Below are positions 26,646 through 37,275 of a stretch of DNA of 64,000 nt, piece after piece. The stretch is from a virus. The notes under the pieces were generated by a model that had not been told where the DNA came from, did not search any database, and saw nothing but the letters and a program-made list of their open reading frames with translations. The DNA lies in IMG/VR virus record IMGVR_UViG_3300037095_000059, one strand, 5' to 3'. Every line of letters begins with the position of its first letter. Position 1 is the first letter of the stretch. A program made the translations under genes and the position numbers.

Positions 26646-29600
26646 TACAATTCCTGTTCCCAGTCCCCGAACAAGGACAAGCTAAGTAGCTCATTCTTAA
26701 CCACATCAGACCCAAAATTGACTTGTACCTGAAGGTGACGGCAGAGCGCGGGTTCTTCAGTTTGAGACAGCCAGAATCTTTGTGCTTCTACCGAGAGACT
26801 GGGAGACAACTGCGGGGGGTCTGTTGTGTAGACCGTCAGGGGTTCGAAATACCCGGAGGACACAGGAGCTATCTCGTCCAACTGTACAGCCAGAGTAAGG
26901 GGGGTTCCGACCTTGACCGAGTCCGTGGTGAAAAATGCGGTGTGTGCAGTTTGGCCGGGCTGTGCCAAAACCAAACTGCCCAATATGGCCCAGGCCGGGT
27001 AAGGAGCCCCGTCGTCCTCGTAAACAGCGGAATCCCGCTTCAGAATGGGTCCGCCTGCGGCTGGGGGGCCTATCAGAAGGGCATGAACCCCAGAAGAAGT
27101 CTCGACGGACTGCACCGCCGAAAAACCGGAAACGATTTGAGCTTTAGGGCTCCACACAGTTCCGGTCTCGGGCGAGGGGGTGGGACACATCCTCCACCAC
27201 GTATCGGCATAATCGGAGACGTACAGACCTTTGTCCGCCGACCCCGAAACGTGCCAAGTCAACTGAGTTTGCAGAGCGGTAAAGGTTGAGGTCGGGAACT
27301 GATCTCCAATTGGAAAGCCGATTTCGGACAGACCCGAACTGGGGTCCAGGGTTAAAATCTGATTGTCCGAGGAATACAGGAACACGATGCTTCCGTTGAC
27401 GGCAAAAGCGTCGTAGGAAGACAGCCCGATCCCGGTCATAAATGGAGTAGAGAAAAAGGAGCTAGACGAAGTCCCAAGCCCCTGAATGAGGTAGATGTCT
27501 GCTGTTGTGAAGACATACAAACCACTCGTGGTGGGGAACATCCGAATTACTGTGTCGGGGAAGACAAAGACATTGGCCGGAGGCCAAGCTTCATTTCCGC
27601 TCCCAACCAAAGCATCAGGACCGGCGGAGAAATAAACAGAGGTATTGACCGCGCCCCAGATTCTTCCCAAGTGATAAACCAAGGCGGATATTCCAACAGG
27701 CGGAGGGTCGTTCGAGTTGTCTACCGGAGCTTCAATAAGTTCGTCTAGGTTCGTGTCCGCTGTTGTGTCCGTGTAAATCCAGGTTTTTCCCCCGCCGGGG
27801 TTTGGAATTTCATCCAAGTAAAAGAGAGTGGAACCCCCTTGAACTGTGCGCCAAATGTAGATTTCATTAACCTGCGGGTCGGCTGATCCTAAACCCTGCA
27901 CCACGGCGAGGTTTCCAGCAGATACAACTATCGGAGCACTTTGAGGATCAGAAGTGCTGACTGTGTCCGTCAAAGTGTTGACGTAGCTGAAGGCATATAT
28001 CCACGCGCCCGTGTTGGCGGCTGTATACGGTCCGGTGTTTAGCCAAGTTTGCGTGTTATCATAAGTATAAGCTCCTGTGGTTGTGCTCCATCCTCCGGTA
28101 GGAACTGCCCCCGCTCCAGTTTCTCCGAACGCTTGTACTTGCTGTAAATTTCCGTTGGAGTCAAGAATCTGTGTAGCCAAACTTAGATTTTGACTAGCTC
28201 CCGGCCAGGTGGAAGAGGAAGCTCCCCGGTTAGTCCAGGACACCCCCGTGGTCTCGGTTACGGTTGTGCCGAGCCCATTAGTCCACTGCGGAGCCGAAGT
28301 CCCAGTTGTTCCCGCAACAGTGCATTGGAAAACACCCTCGGCGCTAACAAGCTGTTGGACATTGACTGTGGTGTAGGAGTAGTGGCCCGGGATCGACCCA
28401 TTAGCCGGAATCCATGTTGTTACAGTTTGCGGGACAGTGATGTAATAAAAGATGAGAGCTTCTATTACGTCCCCAACTGTGTAGGGAGTTGCGGCGACCC
28501 AAGCGGGGGTGCCAAGGCAAGTCCATTGTGCTGGGGTGGCTGGGGACCCGTGGTTGTCAATAGTAACGTGTCCTGTGTGTGTGTCCCAAGTAGGAGCCGA
28601 AGTCCCAGTTGTTCCGGCAGAAGTTAGCTGAAACAGATAGAGATTGCTCCCGACCGTGACTTCAATAACGAACGACGGAGCGTACCATGTGTTCTGTGCC
28701 CAGGATGAAGACAACGGAGCGGGAGCCTGTGTTACGAGAGGCGCGGAAACCGGAGTTGCTATTCCCCAATTCTCGGTCTGAAGCCCCGCGTTTTCCCACT
28801 GAGCCCCGCCATCTTGTGTTATTGCTCCAAACGTAGTGGCCCAGGTGGGTTGAGATGGTCCGGCTCCGCTCACTCCTGTTCCTGTGGTGGCGGTTCCGGT
28901 TTCTGCACGAGTACTTTGCGTCAGGGCGGAAGCGAATTGGACCTGTTGTCCGTTCACAACAGAAGTAACAGTTTGAGTAGTGCCGTTGAGAGCGGGAACC
29001 GAGGTTAGCCCGGTCAAATATAGCTTTGTACCAACAGGAATGGACAACTGAGTCGAAGGATCGAAAAACAGCGTGGCCGTGCCCGACCCAATCGAAATGT
29101 TGGTGATGGTCGCTGTCTGGCTGCCAATAACAACTTGTAGGTATCCGTTCGAGTCTACAATGAAGTTGCCTTGGTCATAGGAAGTCGAAGCCGTCCAGGA
29201 CAGCAGGCTTCCGACAATCTTTTGCACATCCACGCCGTCCGAAAAATACAGCGTGTTGCCCACACTCAGGAACGAGGATTTTCCAGCCCCCGCAGATTTA
29301 GTAAAGACCGGAGTTGGGCTCGCGTTTCCCGAGCCTGCGGGCGGAACATCGTAGACAGCATTCGCCGTATCCGCCAGAACTTTTATCTTCTCGGTATTGG
29401 AATTGAATAAGTGCCAGGAGTACCAGCGGTCAACGGCGGGGAAGGTGTCGGGAGTTCCTGTCTGATAGGGAGACGATCCTGGGCGACGGACAAGAGTTAG
29501 CTTGGTGCTGATCTCGGTGTTTAGGCCGTCGATCAGACATTCGGTTCTCTCGCCATAGAACTCAGCCTCAATATGCGCGGCGTTAGAACGAAGTGGGTTT

Positions 29601-29701
29601 CTTTGAGTTACGATACCGTCATAGAAGGAGTTGTTCCAGAGAACTCCGAACTTCGGCGGGCGGCTAGGCTGTGATCCCTTTTTCGCTAACTCGTTTGGCA
29701 C
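26645..29701 (-). CDS. large tail or baseplate structural protein (1018 aa)
   Basis: Repeated GTTGTSAP(T/Q)W...G..V..(D)G..W units of the kind seen in phage tail proteins. GTG start with GGAGA upstream. Confidence 0.55.
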   Translation of the reverse strand: MPNELAKKGSQPSRPPKFGVLWNNSFYDGIVTQRNPLRSNAAHIEAEFYGERTECLIDGLNTEISTKLTLVRRPGSSPYQTGTPDTFPAVDRWYSWHLFNSNTEKIKVLADTANAVYDVPPAGSGNASPTPVFTKSAGAGKSSFLSVGNTLYFSDGVDVQKIVGSLLSWTASTSYDQGNFIVDSNGYLQVVIGSQTATITNISIGSGTATLFFDPSTQLSIPVGTKLYLTGLTSVPALNGTTQTVTSVVNGQQVQFASALTQSTRAETGTATTGTGVSGAGPSQPTWATTFGAITQDGGAQWENAGLQTENWGIATPVSAPLVTQAPAPLSSSWAQNTWYAPSFVIEVTVGSNLYLFQLTSAGTTGTSAPTWDTHTGHVTIDNHGSPATPAQWTCLGTPAWVAATPYTVGDVIEALIFYYITVPQTVTTWIPANGSIPGHYSYTTVNVQQLVSAEGVFQCTVAGTTGTSAPQWTNGLGTTVTETTGVSWTNRGASSSTWPGASQNLSLATQILDSNGNLQQVQAFGETGAGAVPTGGWSTTTGAYTYDNTQTWLNTGPYTAANTGAWIYAFSYVNTLTDTVSTSDPQSAPIVVSAGNLAVVQGLGSADPQVNEIYIWRTVQGGSTLFYLDEIPNPGGGKTWIYTDTTADTNLDELIEAPVDNSNDPPPVGISALVYHLGRIWGAVNTSVYFSAGPDALVGSGNEAWPPANVFVFPDTVIRMFPTTSGLYVFTTADIYLIQGLGTSSSSFFSTPFMTGIGLSSYDAFAVNGSIVFLYSSDNQILTLDPSSGLSEIGFPIGDQFPTSTFTALQTQLTWHVSGSADKGLYVSDYADTWWRMCPTPSPETGTVWSPKAQIVSGFSAVQSVETSSGVHALLIGPPAAGGPILKRDSAVYEDDGAPYPAWAILGSLVLAQPGQTAHTAFFTTDSVKVGTPLTLAVQLDEIAPVSSGYFEPLTVYTTDPPQLSPSLSVEAQRFWLSQTEEPALCRHLQVQVNFGSDVVKNELLSLSLFGDWEQEL

Positions 29702-29717
29702 TAGAAGTCTCCGAAAA

Positions 29718-29732
29718 GTCCATTATCTGGAC
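29718..29732. repeat. 15-bp motif copy, R: gtccattatctggac
   Basis: Intergenic, 17 nt upstream of the GTG start of the 1018-aa gene. Confidence 0.9.
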
Positions 29733-29799
29733 AGAAAAGTGTTGACAAAACTTGGGCGGGTGTGGTACAGTAATCTTGGAGGACTTATCTTGAGAAGTA

Positions 29800-30894
29800 T
29801 CAGAAACCTACGCCCGGACAAGGTCCATAAGGCCAAGCCGCCCCAATGTTTTGAGGAGCGTTCATCGCCCCATAGCCGCCGCCCATCAGGCTCTGCTCCG
29901 GTGTGAATCTGAAATCTTCTTGTTGACGATCTGCGGCGCGGAGGGCTTTTTGAAGAGTTTCGAGCCATTCGCCGTACATCTGCATTCCTTGTTGTAGATT
30001 GTTTTCTCTATAGAGGGCCGCCCGAACTCCAGCACGAAACAAATAAGACAGCTCAGCGGGAAGCGGCCAGATTGTCTGCTGCAAGGTATATAGTACGGGA
30101 GGCCGTACCTGGTATTGTACAACTGCCCACCACTCCAGCCCATTCAACGCGGGAACGGGGCTCATTCTCAAGCACATCCCCAACGGATCGGCGACGGTCC
30201 ACACAACCGTCCCATCCTGAATCATGGTCCCGGGCGTTGCGTTTGGGGGAGCGAAGGGTTGTGTGCTTCCCGAAATTCCATAGGGATAAAATCCGGGTGG
30301 GGTTAGGGTAGTTCCTGTGTAGCCGGGGGACTCGATGTTCAGCCCCAGATTGGTGGAGTCGATGTACAGGATGTTCCCGTTTATGTCCATGAATTGCTGA
30401 ATGGGCGACCGGGGAAGTTGAGCCTGGCCATACCCGCAGCTATACGCAGTATTAGCCTGCCACAAGCCGAGAGAAGCAAGAGAATTGGGAATGAAGGAGA
30501 TATTGAAGGGAACCGTCTGCGCGGCTGTCCAAGTCAAATCCCGGACAGTCTCCATCTCACGAATTGGCTTCGGCGCTCCGTTGTTGTTGGATGTGGAGTT
30601 GTTGATGTCCACGACCCAAGCGTTTTCCAGCCAGCCTATGTCGGTAACTTGCGTGCAATAGTCCTGCTGTAAGCTCACGGTCAGAAATGGGGGAATGATT
30701 TTCCGGTTCCACTTCCAAGGCATGTTTTCTGCCAGAATCCGCGAAAGCACTTCATTGCAAATGGAAAGGAAAGGTTCTGTGGTGTAACCAGGAGCGCCGC
30801 CCAAGACGCTATAGAAATCCGGATTCGCCTTCATCTGCATAACGATGGTTTGCAACGTCGGGCTTGTGCTCTGGCTTCCTGACAATACTGTCAT
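29800..30894 (-). CDS. tail-associated structural protein candidate
   Basis: 364-aa ORF lying between fibre and tail genes. Confidence 0.45.
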   Translation of the reverse strand: MTVLSGSQSTSPTLQTIVMQMKANPDFYSVLGGAPGYTTEPFLSICNEVLSRILAENMPWKWNRKIIPPFLTVSLQQDYCTQVTDIGWLENAWVVDINNSTSNNNGAPKPIREMETVRDLTWTAAQTVPFNISFIPNSLASLGLWQANTAYSCGYGQAQLPRSPIQQFMDINGNILYIDSTNLGLNIESPGYTGTTLTPPGFYPYGISGSTQPFAPPNATPGTMIQDGTVVWTVADPLGMCLRMSPVPALNGLEWWAVVQYQVRPPVLYTLQQTIWPLPAELSYLFRAGVRAALYRENNLQQGMQMYGEWLETLQKALRAADRQQEDFRFTPEQSLMGGGYGAMNAPQNIGAAWPYGPCPGVGF

Positions 30895-30903
30895 ACTATC
30901 TCC

Positions 30904-30918
30904 GTCCGGTTAATGGAC
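30904..30918. repeat. 15-bp motif copy, F: gtccggttaatggac
   Basis: Intergenic, 10 nt upstream of the start of 29800..30894. Confidence 0.9.
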
Positions 30919-30944
30919 TTTTTGTGTCTGTGTTCGGATCGTTT

Positions 30945-31012
30945 CCGATTACTGGATATGCAGCGCGTCCGTGTTCTGATTTCATGCCCTAGTTTCCGTC
31001 GCAGTGATAGAA
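30945..31012. repeat. 68-bp exact repeat (copy 1) spanning the 3' end and downstream flank of a fibre gene
   Basis: Identical to 54404..54471. Covers the last 7 codons (YHCDGN plus stop) and 44 nt downstream. Confidence 0.9.
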
Positions 31013-33973
31013 CAGGTTGCCGGTCAGTGCCGGAAAAGTGAATGTCACCGCTGTCTTGCTTTGGGTGCTGTTATAGACGTTGGTTGCCAGCGTTGTACTG
31101 GAATTGGCCGTGCAGAACGCTGCGTTCGTCCAGCCTGAGTTGGCAAAGGTGATGGTGACACTCGTTGCCGCGCTCAGGCCGGTGATCTTGCCACCTGCAT
31201 TGGTGGAGTAGGCTGCGATAGTTCCCGCTGAGGTTATGGGCGCTGTTGCTGTGATGTGCTGAGTGCCATTCAGCCATGTTCCCAGCGTTGTTGTGTTGCC
31301 CAGCGTTGTTGTGTTGCTGCCCTCCCCAACTGCTCCGTTGCCAATCACATTTTCATTCGTGTCGCCGCTGGCATTTGCCTCCGTGTTAACGCCCAAATAG
31401 ACGCTGTTTGAAGAGGTTGTGTTGGCTGTCGAACCGTCGCTGATAAATTGACCAGCGCTGTACCCCTGCGCGGTGTTGTTGTTGCCGGTGGTGTTGGAGA
31501 TGAGGGCCAGATACCCATTCGCGGTGTTGTCGGCGCCGGTGCCAGTCAGGTTTCCCGCTCCCCCAGAGTAGTAGTTATTGAGTGATGTCTGCGCCTGTAG
31601 GGCCGGAACCCCATTTAACAAAACACCGTTTGATCCTATGGTCGTAGGTGTTATAGTGCCAGCCGCGACGGTGCCTGGAAATGTGCTGACCTGCGAACTT
31701 GTGCCAAGCGTGCCAGTCTGTGTTACGCCGGTGATGTTCAGGTTTGCCCCCGCTGCTGTGGTTGCGCCTGTGCCGCCCGACGCCGGAAGCAATGGCGATC
31801 CAAGCGTCTCACTGCCAGCGGCCAAATTTCTGGAGACTAGCACGTCGCCTGTGGTATTAAGGGCTGGAGGTGTAAAAGACACCACAGATTGTCCAATATC
31901 GCTGGATGATGGTAGTGCGTTAGAGTTTGGACATACACTCGCTCCACTAGCCGAATTCTGCGGAAGCTGGTGTGCCGTATCAGTTTTAAGGACATCCCAA
32001 CAAACAACACCATCAATCGAAGGGGGTACGATAGTTATATAGTGCGTAGAATCCAATGTGGCAGGCCCGCTCACAGTCGCAAAAGCAGATGGCATTGTAA
32101 TTCCGCCGTTAGCGTCATAGCCTATCACTGCATAAGTGTAAGTTGTTCCGGTACCTCCAGTGGCTGTGAGTGTCGGCGTCGCCGGATTTGCAATGGCGCT
32201 TACTGTCACCTTTCCTGTACTAGCGATCCCCGATGTTGGAATGAGTTCGCCTGCATAAAATGGAGCACCCCCATAACGACCGTAAATCGAAGTTTGTAGC
32301 CCTTGATAGGATAAGCTCAAACCGCCATTGTTCAATTGCAGTAGATTGCTAACATCGTACCCATTGCTGTACATGAACTTTGAACCAAAATAGATGCCTG
32401 TCCTTAAGCCGATGGTCGGTGTGGTAGCATCAGGCCCCCAAACGAAGTTAGTGCCGTATCCTCCGCAAGGTGCCCACGCACCACCGCCGTAGGACATCGG
32501 GCCTAGTATAAGATTGTCGGTCCCGCCAAGAACGTCACACCCGTTAGCCTCTTCATAAGGACTGATGATTGAGTCGCCATAATCGTTAAGGTTAATTCCG
32601 TGCAGACTAGCACCTTCGATATCTGGATGAATGAAGGTATTTTTCGCTCCACCAGAGAGATACAGTCCCGTAGCTCCCCACCACGTACCACCGTAAAAGC
32701 TGTTTGAGTTGACTCCTGAAGGGTAACCACTGCTGTTTTTTGTGTACAGTCCGTAGGTAGCTCCATTGGAATCAACATCATGAAAACTGTTGTAGCAGGT
32801 GCACCCTCCGGGGCCGTCCATATAAGTTCCAGTATCAAACGCATTGATGGTCAACCTCTCAATGCGAGTGCCTAGTACATTGCTTCCATTACCACCTACC
32901 ATAAGCCCGATAGAACCACTCGCAGGAGTGACCCCAAATACAGACTGAATACTAAAATCGGCAAGCTGTGCCCCCTGTAAACCAGCGAAGGTACTTCCAC
33001 TCTCGTTATAGTTTTGCACACACACGCTAGTTGTTGATGTAGCGCAATAGATGATCGAACCACTACCAGCAGGCTGTCCGTAGTAGTTATAAGTTCCGAA
33101 CATGCCCACGCCTAAGATTTGAGCGTGAGAGCGGTAAACCATATTCGTCCCTGCGGCAAACGATACTGACGCGGCAGGAAGCAGGAGCGTTACGGAGAGT
33201 GCTCCATTACCTACTGTTACCGTGCTAGACGAGGACTGGAGGCCAACGAAGTTCCGTGCATCACAAGTGCCTCCCCCTGCCACCACTACGGCTGCGAGAC
33301 AAGCGTTTACTTTCGCGCCCCAGTCCGCCCCCGGAAACTGATCCGCCTGAAAGGGTGCACCGATCTGCTTTCCAGTTACCGAAGTGGCCGCCGCAACGGT
33401 GCCTGGGAAAGTGGCCGTACCACTAGCCCCGATGGCCCCTGTCTGCGTTGCGCCAAGGTTGACTTGAGCGCCGATACTCGCTGGCACTTCCACGCTGATG
33501 TTGCTGCCGCTGTGCTTCCACGTTCCGAGCGTGTAGCCCGCGTCTGCCGTTGGCGTTGTGCTGTCCAGGTTGGGGCTGGATACTACCGTGCCGTCCACGC
33601 TGAGAGTGCCGCCTCCGCCCGAGCCTCCAGAACAAATATTGGGCATATTTTGAATCCCTTGGCCCGGGAACGAAACGGACTCCGTGACGCAGTAGCTTAG
33701 CGGTATGTAGTAGCTATAGTTGCCCGAGGCGTCTGCATGTACAACGGGGGGAGAAATCAGAGCAGTCAAAAGAGGATCAGAATAGATAGTTGCCGCTAGG
33801 CCGGTGGTGGTGCTAGTTACCGAAACCGTTGCATAGGGAACCACGTTCGCCGCAACCCCTTGGGGGGCGCGGGCGATAACCTGAGACAAACGATGGTAGC
33901 CCGTAGTGGACTGTCCGGATAATGGACAAATCGACAGGGCGGCGAGCACGACGGCGAGCAGAAACTTTTTCAT
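30989..33973 (-). CDS. tailspike/depolymerase-like beta-helix protein with an N-terminal signal peptide
   Basis: MKKFLLAVVLAALSICPLSGQ signal-like N-terminus. ADWGAKVNACLAAV..GGGTCDARNF plus a long G/S/T/N-rich repeat body. Shares identical cassettes with 54448..56058. Confidence 0.6.
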   Translation of the reverse strand: MKKFLLAVVLAALSICPLSGQSTTGYHRLSQVIARAPQGVAANVVPYATVSVTSTTTGLAATIYSDPLLTALISPPVVHADASGNYSYYIPLSYCVTESVSFPGQGIQNMPNICSGGSGGGGTLSVDGTVVSSPNLDSTTPTADAGYTLGTWKHSGSNISVEVPASIGAQVNLGATQTGAIGASGTATFPGTVAAATSVTGKQIGAPFQADQFPGADWGAKVNACLAAVVVAGGGTCDARNFVGLQSSSSTVTVGNGALSVTLLLPAASVSFAAGTNMVYRSHAQILGVGMFGTYNYYGQPAGSGSIIYCATSTTSVCVQNYNESGSTFAGLQGAQLADFSIQSVFGVTPASGSIGLMVGGNGSNVLGTRIERLTINAFDTGTYMDGPGGCTCYNSFHDVDSNGATYGLYTKNSSGYPSGVNSNSFYGGTWWGATGLYLSGGAKNTFIHPDIEGASLHGINLNDYGDSIISPYEEANGCDVLGGTDNLILGPMSYGGGAWAPCGGYGTNFVWGPDATTPTIGLRTGIYFGSKFMYSNGYDVSNLLQLNNGGLSLSYQGLQTSIYGRYGGAPFYAGELIPTSGIASTGKVTVSAIANPATPTLTATGGTGTTYTYAVIGYDANGGITMPSAFATVSGPATLDSTHYITIVPPSIDGVVCWDVLKTDTAHQLPQNSASGASVCPNSNALPSSSDIGQSVVSFTPPALNTTGDVLVSRNLAAGSETLGSPLLPASGGTGATTAAGANLNITGVTQTGTLGTSSQVSTFPGTVAAGTITPTTIGSNGVLLNGVPALQAQTSLNNYYSGGAGNLTGTGADNTANGYLALISNTTGNNNTAQGYSAGQFISDGSTANTTSSNSVYLGVNTEANASGDTNENVIGNGAVGEGSNTTTLGNTTTLGTWLNGTQHITATAPITSAGTIAAYSTNAGGKITGLSAATSVTITFANSGWTNAAFCTANSSTTLATNVYNSTQSKTAVTFTFPALTGNLFYHCDGN
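31767..31819. repeat. 53-bp exact repeat (copy 1) inside a fibre gene
   Basis: Identical to 55622..55674. Encodes SETLGSPLLPASGGTGAT. Confidence 0.9.
33402..33485. repeat. 84-bp exact repeat (copy 1) inside a fibre gene
   Basis: Identical to 55685..55768. Encodes ...AQVNLGATQTGAIGASGTATFPG... Confidence 0.9.
33913..33927. repeat. 15-bp motif copy, F: gtccggataatggac
   Basis: Inside the signal-peptide coding region of 30989..33973. Read as CPLSGQ. Confidence 0.9.
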
Positions 33974-33985
33974 CTTTCCTCTTGA

Positions 33986-34501
33986 TTAGTAGGGGGTAAC
34001 GATTATGTCGAAGGTTGCTGCCGCTGTTGCGGGGTGCGTTACCACAAAACTTCCAGCAGACTTGGACGAAATATAGGTGGAGGTGAGCATTGTTGCAGCC
34101 GCCGCGTTGGTGGGTTGTACAGAAAAATGGCTAGTGCTTAAAGCTCCTGCGAGGATGACCGTGTCCGTTGTGTTTGCGGTTGTAGTCAGAGAAGCAACTA
34201 GAGGGCCATTCTGCACAACATTCACAAGCGTCAGCAAAGCTCCGCTCGGGGAGGAAATGGTTTCGGTAACTGAGTAGTTCAGGGGGATATAGTAGTCATA
34301 AGCTCCTGTTACATCGGCTACCACCAAGGACCCAATGATAGAAATGGACAGCCCTGGGTCGGAATAAATGATTGCCGCATCCCCGGTAGAAGTCAAGGTA
34401 ACATAGATCGAAGCACCAGGGACAACCTGTTGCTCTATTCCTGCCTGTGCCCGGGCCGTAACAGAGCCAAAGCGGTGGTATCCGGTTGTGACAACTCCCA
34501 T
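33986..34501 (-). CDS. fibre-module protein
   Basis: N-terminal TTGYHRFGSVTARA..IYSDP..YYIPLNYSVTE parallels residues 23-100 of 30989..33973. C-terminal VTHPATAAATFDIIV module. Confidence 0.45.
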   Translation of the reverse strand: MGVVTTGYHRFGSVTARAQAGIEQQVVPGASIYVTLTSTGDAAIIYSDPGLSISIIGSLVVADVTGAYDYYIPLNYSVTETISSPSGALLTLVNVVQNGPLVASLTTTANTTDTVILAGALSTSHFSVQPTNAAAATMLTSTYISSKSAGSFVVTHPATAAATFDIIVTPY

Positions 34502-35256
34502 TATGAATCTCCTGTGATTAAAATCTTAGCGCCTTTTGAGAAGTTTTCTTTCTGCCAGAGAGGCTGGAGGTTTGTATAGTGGCAGACGTGAAGAACGTCT
34601 TCTCTCTTAGTGAGGTCATGCACCGCGAAAGGAATAATGTGGTCTATGTTCCATTTGTCATCGCCCGCACCATAGTTGTCCCAGGACATCCCCGATTGAA
34701 ATTTAGATTCTAGGTATACTTTTAGTTCCGCAGCGGTACACCCCAAATCTCGTACAGCGTGGCCCGTTTTATACCCTTGTTTAAGGAGCTTTTTTAGGCG
34801 AACGCGAAGGTTAGTGGCAATTCTTACCTGAGGGTTGTTAGTCCTTCTTTGCCTCACATAAAGGTTTCGCTCTTCTTGATATTCCGGACCCTGTGCTTTT
34901 ACCCACGCCCTTTGACTAATTCTTTTTCGCTCTCGCTGCTCTTCGGTGGGTTCCTCAAATTTTCTTATCGTTGCCCAATAGATAGCGTTTCTTACGGACT
35001 GCTCTTTCGCATGAGTTTTTCTGTACTCAGCCAATTCTTCCGCATGTTCTTTGCGATAAATCGTATGATAGGATTTTATTTCTTCTTCGTGTTGTTTGGC
35101 GTGTTTGGCGGAGTATGCTGCTCTTTCTGGTTTATGTTCTTCATAATACTTTTTGCTGTCTTCGGACCTACAGGGCTTACATCGAACCTTTCCGGGAGAA
35201 AAGCACGAAATATCTTTTTCAACCCCACACTTAGCGCAAACCTTAGTCATCGTCAA
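34501..35256 (-). CDS. HNH homing-endonuclease-like protein (paralog of 9522..10178)
   Basis: CAKCG..CKPC finger and a K/E-rich repeat region. WNIDHIIP...NLQPLWQKENFSKG. Confidence 0.7.
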   Translation of the reverse strand: MTMTKVCAKCGVEKDISCFSPGKVRCKPCRSEDSKKYYEEHKPERAAYSAKHAKQHEEEIKSYHTIYRKEHAEELAEYRKTHAKEQSVRNAIYWATIRKFEEPTEEQRERKRISQRAWVKAQGPEYQEERNLYVRQRRTNNPQVRIATNLRVRLKKLLKQGYKTGHAVRDLGCTAAELKVYLESKFQSGMSWDNYGAGDDKWNIDHIIPFAVHDLTKREDVLHVCHYTNLQPLWQKENFSKGAKILITGDS

Positions 35257-36191
35257 CCGCGCCCTTGCTGAACTTGCATCGTTTGGCGCATAGAGGCTAA
35301 CTTACTGTCCAGCCACAGGTTACGTTGTGTAATGTTTAATCCTTCGGACACTCCTACTAAATCTGTGAGGAAAAGCTGCAAGGCTCCCTGAGAGCGGGGG
35401 TCACCGCAATACTCGGCGCACTTCGCCAACATTCCCTCGTTGTAGATATACGATAGGTAGTCTGGTACGGGGGACCACGTTTGCGTGAGCGCGGAGAATT
35501 GAGGAGCAGATTTCTGGTACTCGACAACAATGTTGTAAATCTTGTCCGGGGCCGGGGTAAGGCGGAAGGTTATGTTGTCGGATGTGTCTCTGTATTGCGC
35601 CGCAATCCTGGTCATTTGGTTGGGCAGCGTCTCCGCCCCCATAACCAATTCGTTCTGCAACTCGAAAGCGTAGTATCCGCTGCTCGGGTCGTAGGCCACA
35701 GCTTTTTCGATCCATCCGAAAGAGGGTAGATTGACTTTGTAGTCTGTATTCCCGATTATAGTGGGAAAAGTTGGAACAGAAGGCGAGGCCCCCGCTCGGT
35801 TCCAAGACCAGGCGAAGGGGGGAGCAAGAATAGTCTGCATCACCCAGTCTGCGTTCGAGAAGGCGGGGTCAGAAGACGTGGAGGTGTTGACCTTCAAGCC
35901 GGACCCGGTCCCCCCTGTAGTGACAACTCCGGTGGCTCCGTTGATGTACCCAGCCCCGCCGGTAAGAACGTTTAGTCCGGTTACTGGACCTGTTGCTCCA
36001 CCCCCACTGATATTGGTTACTTGCGCGGTTCCGCCCGAGCCCCCAGCCACCGTAACAACATCCCCAACGGTGTACGCAGTTCCACCCGCGCTGACCGTCA
36101 GGCTAAATAGCGCGGAGAAAGTCAGCGGGCGGTTGTACAGGTATTGCTGGGCCAATCCAATGGTCCTAGACAGTTGTATGGTGCTTGCCAT
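35253..36191 (-). CDS. structural protein candidate (312 aa)
   Basis: G/T-rich N-terminal half. Sits in the tail module. Confidence 0.45.
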   Translation of the reverse strand: MASTIQLSRTIGLAQQYLYNRPLTFSALFSLTVSAGGTAYTVGDVVTVAGGSGGTAQVTNISGGGATGPVTGLNVLTGGAGYINGATGVVTTGGTGSGLKVNTSTSSDPAFSNADWVMQTILAPPFAWSWNRAGASPSVPTFPTIIGNTDYKVNLPSFGWIEKAVAYDPSSGYYAFELQNELVMGAETLPNQMTRIAAQYRDTSDNITFRLTPAPDKIYNIVVEYQKSAPQFSALTQTWSPVPDYLSYIYNEGMLAKCAEYCGDPRSQGALQLFLTDLVGVSEGLNITQRNLWLDSKLASMRQTMQVQQGRG

Positions 36192-36597
36192 TCTTTGGCC
36201 TCGGGGGAATGAGTTTCTTGGGGAGGGTTTTGCGGATGACCATCGTTATCTTTTGCGTTTGGTTTTCGAGGGTTCCCATGAACAACGGGGTCGTTGTCAG
36301 GGACAGATGCGGGTGCATCCAATCCTGAAACGGGTCAACAAAGATATGGACCATCTCATGCACGACTGCCGTGATTAAATGGTCCATTTCTCCCGCTTCA
36401 AAATCTAACCGGGACTGCCTATAAAACGTCAGGGTGGAGTACATATACAAGGAGTTGATGTCGTTCTCCGCATACGTGCCTATTTTGTCTTCCGCCTCGG
36501 AAAACTCGACAAGGATCGTCCACCCGGACAGATTAAAGTAGTCCGAGAGATTCTCTACGAAACCAACAACCCAGCTTTCGTAAGCTGATCTCTTCAT
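36166..36597 (-). CDS. putative zinc metallopeptidase (HExxH)
   Basis: AVVHEMVHIF motif followed by DPFQDWMHP. Confidence 0.45.
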   Translation of the reverse strand: MKRSAYESWVVGFVENLSDYFNLSGWTILVEFSEAEDKIGTYAENDINSLYMYSTLTFYRQSRLDFEAGEMDHLITAVVHEMVHIFVDPFQDWMHPHLSLTTTPLFMGTLENQTQKITMVIRKTLPKKLIPPRPKNGKHHTTV

Positions 36598-36612
36598 GTT
36601 TACCCTTCGGAA

Positions 36613-37263
36613 CTAGCTATCGCGCAGAACTGATTTATCCAGAGCGTCCGCGTAGTTCAACACAGTGCGCTGGCCCGCAGAAGACATCTTGCCAAACTGC
36701 GGCTTTCTCCGCCACTCCATGTACCTCGGATTGTCGGGCAGAAGGATGTCCTGGCAGATGCTGCAAACGCCGACTTCTACGCCGACATCGTTGCGGTGCC
36801 ACTGGTAGGACGTTCGTCCTTGAAGGTCCTTGAAACCCTCGCCGATCTTGTTACTGCCCGCGATGTGCTCGCAGATACCGTGGAGATACTCGTCGTTGCG
36901 TTTCTTCGTGCGCTCCAAAGCAATCTGACGGTCCTGGAACAGCTTCTCGTTTTCTTCGTCAGCGACCTGCTTGCGGGACTTGAGCGGAGCTTTGGGTGTC
37001 GCCAGGTCCTTGATGGCTCCGGCCAGTTCGGCGGTGGCAGATTGGGACGCCAGCAACTGCTTCTGCATCGAAGCAATAATGGTGAGCAAATCAGTTTGCG
37101 TCAAGGCAGGTAAAGTTTCGGGTTCGGCCTGGGTTTCCACAACTTCGTTTTCAACGGCTGTTGAATCAACGGATTCGGGTGAAACTGGGTTCTTGCGGGG
37201 TCTTCCTGCGGGCATAGCGGTCTCCTCGGGCAAATCCGGCCCGGCGGGTTGGGTTGTGTCCAT
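36613..37263 (-). CDS. hypothetical protein
   Basis: 216-aa ORF. The start ATG is the ATG of motif copy 37258. HGICEH...CSICQD Cys/His cluster. Confidence 0.45.
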   Translation of the reverse strand: MDTTQPAGPDLPEETAMPAGRPRKNPVSPESVDSTAVENEVVETQAEPETLPALTQTDLLTIIASMQKQLLASQSATAELAGAIKDLATPKAPLKSRKQVADEENEKLFQDRQIALERTKKRNDEYLHGICEHIAGSNKIGEGFKDLQGRTSYQWHRNDVGVEVGVCSICQDILLPDNPRYMEWRRKPQFGKMSSAGQRTVLNYADALDKSVLRDS

Positions 37264-37272
37264 TAGCTGGAC
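37258..37272. repeat. 15-bp motif copy, R: gtccattagctggac
   Basis: Gene junction. Supplies the ATG of 36613..37263. Confidence 0.85.
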
Positions 37273-37275
37273 TGA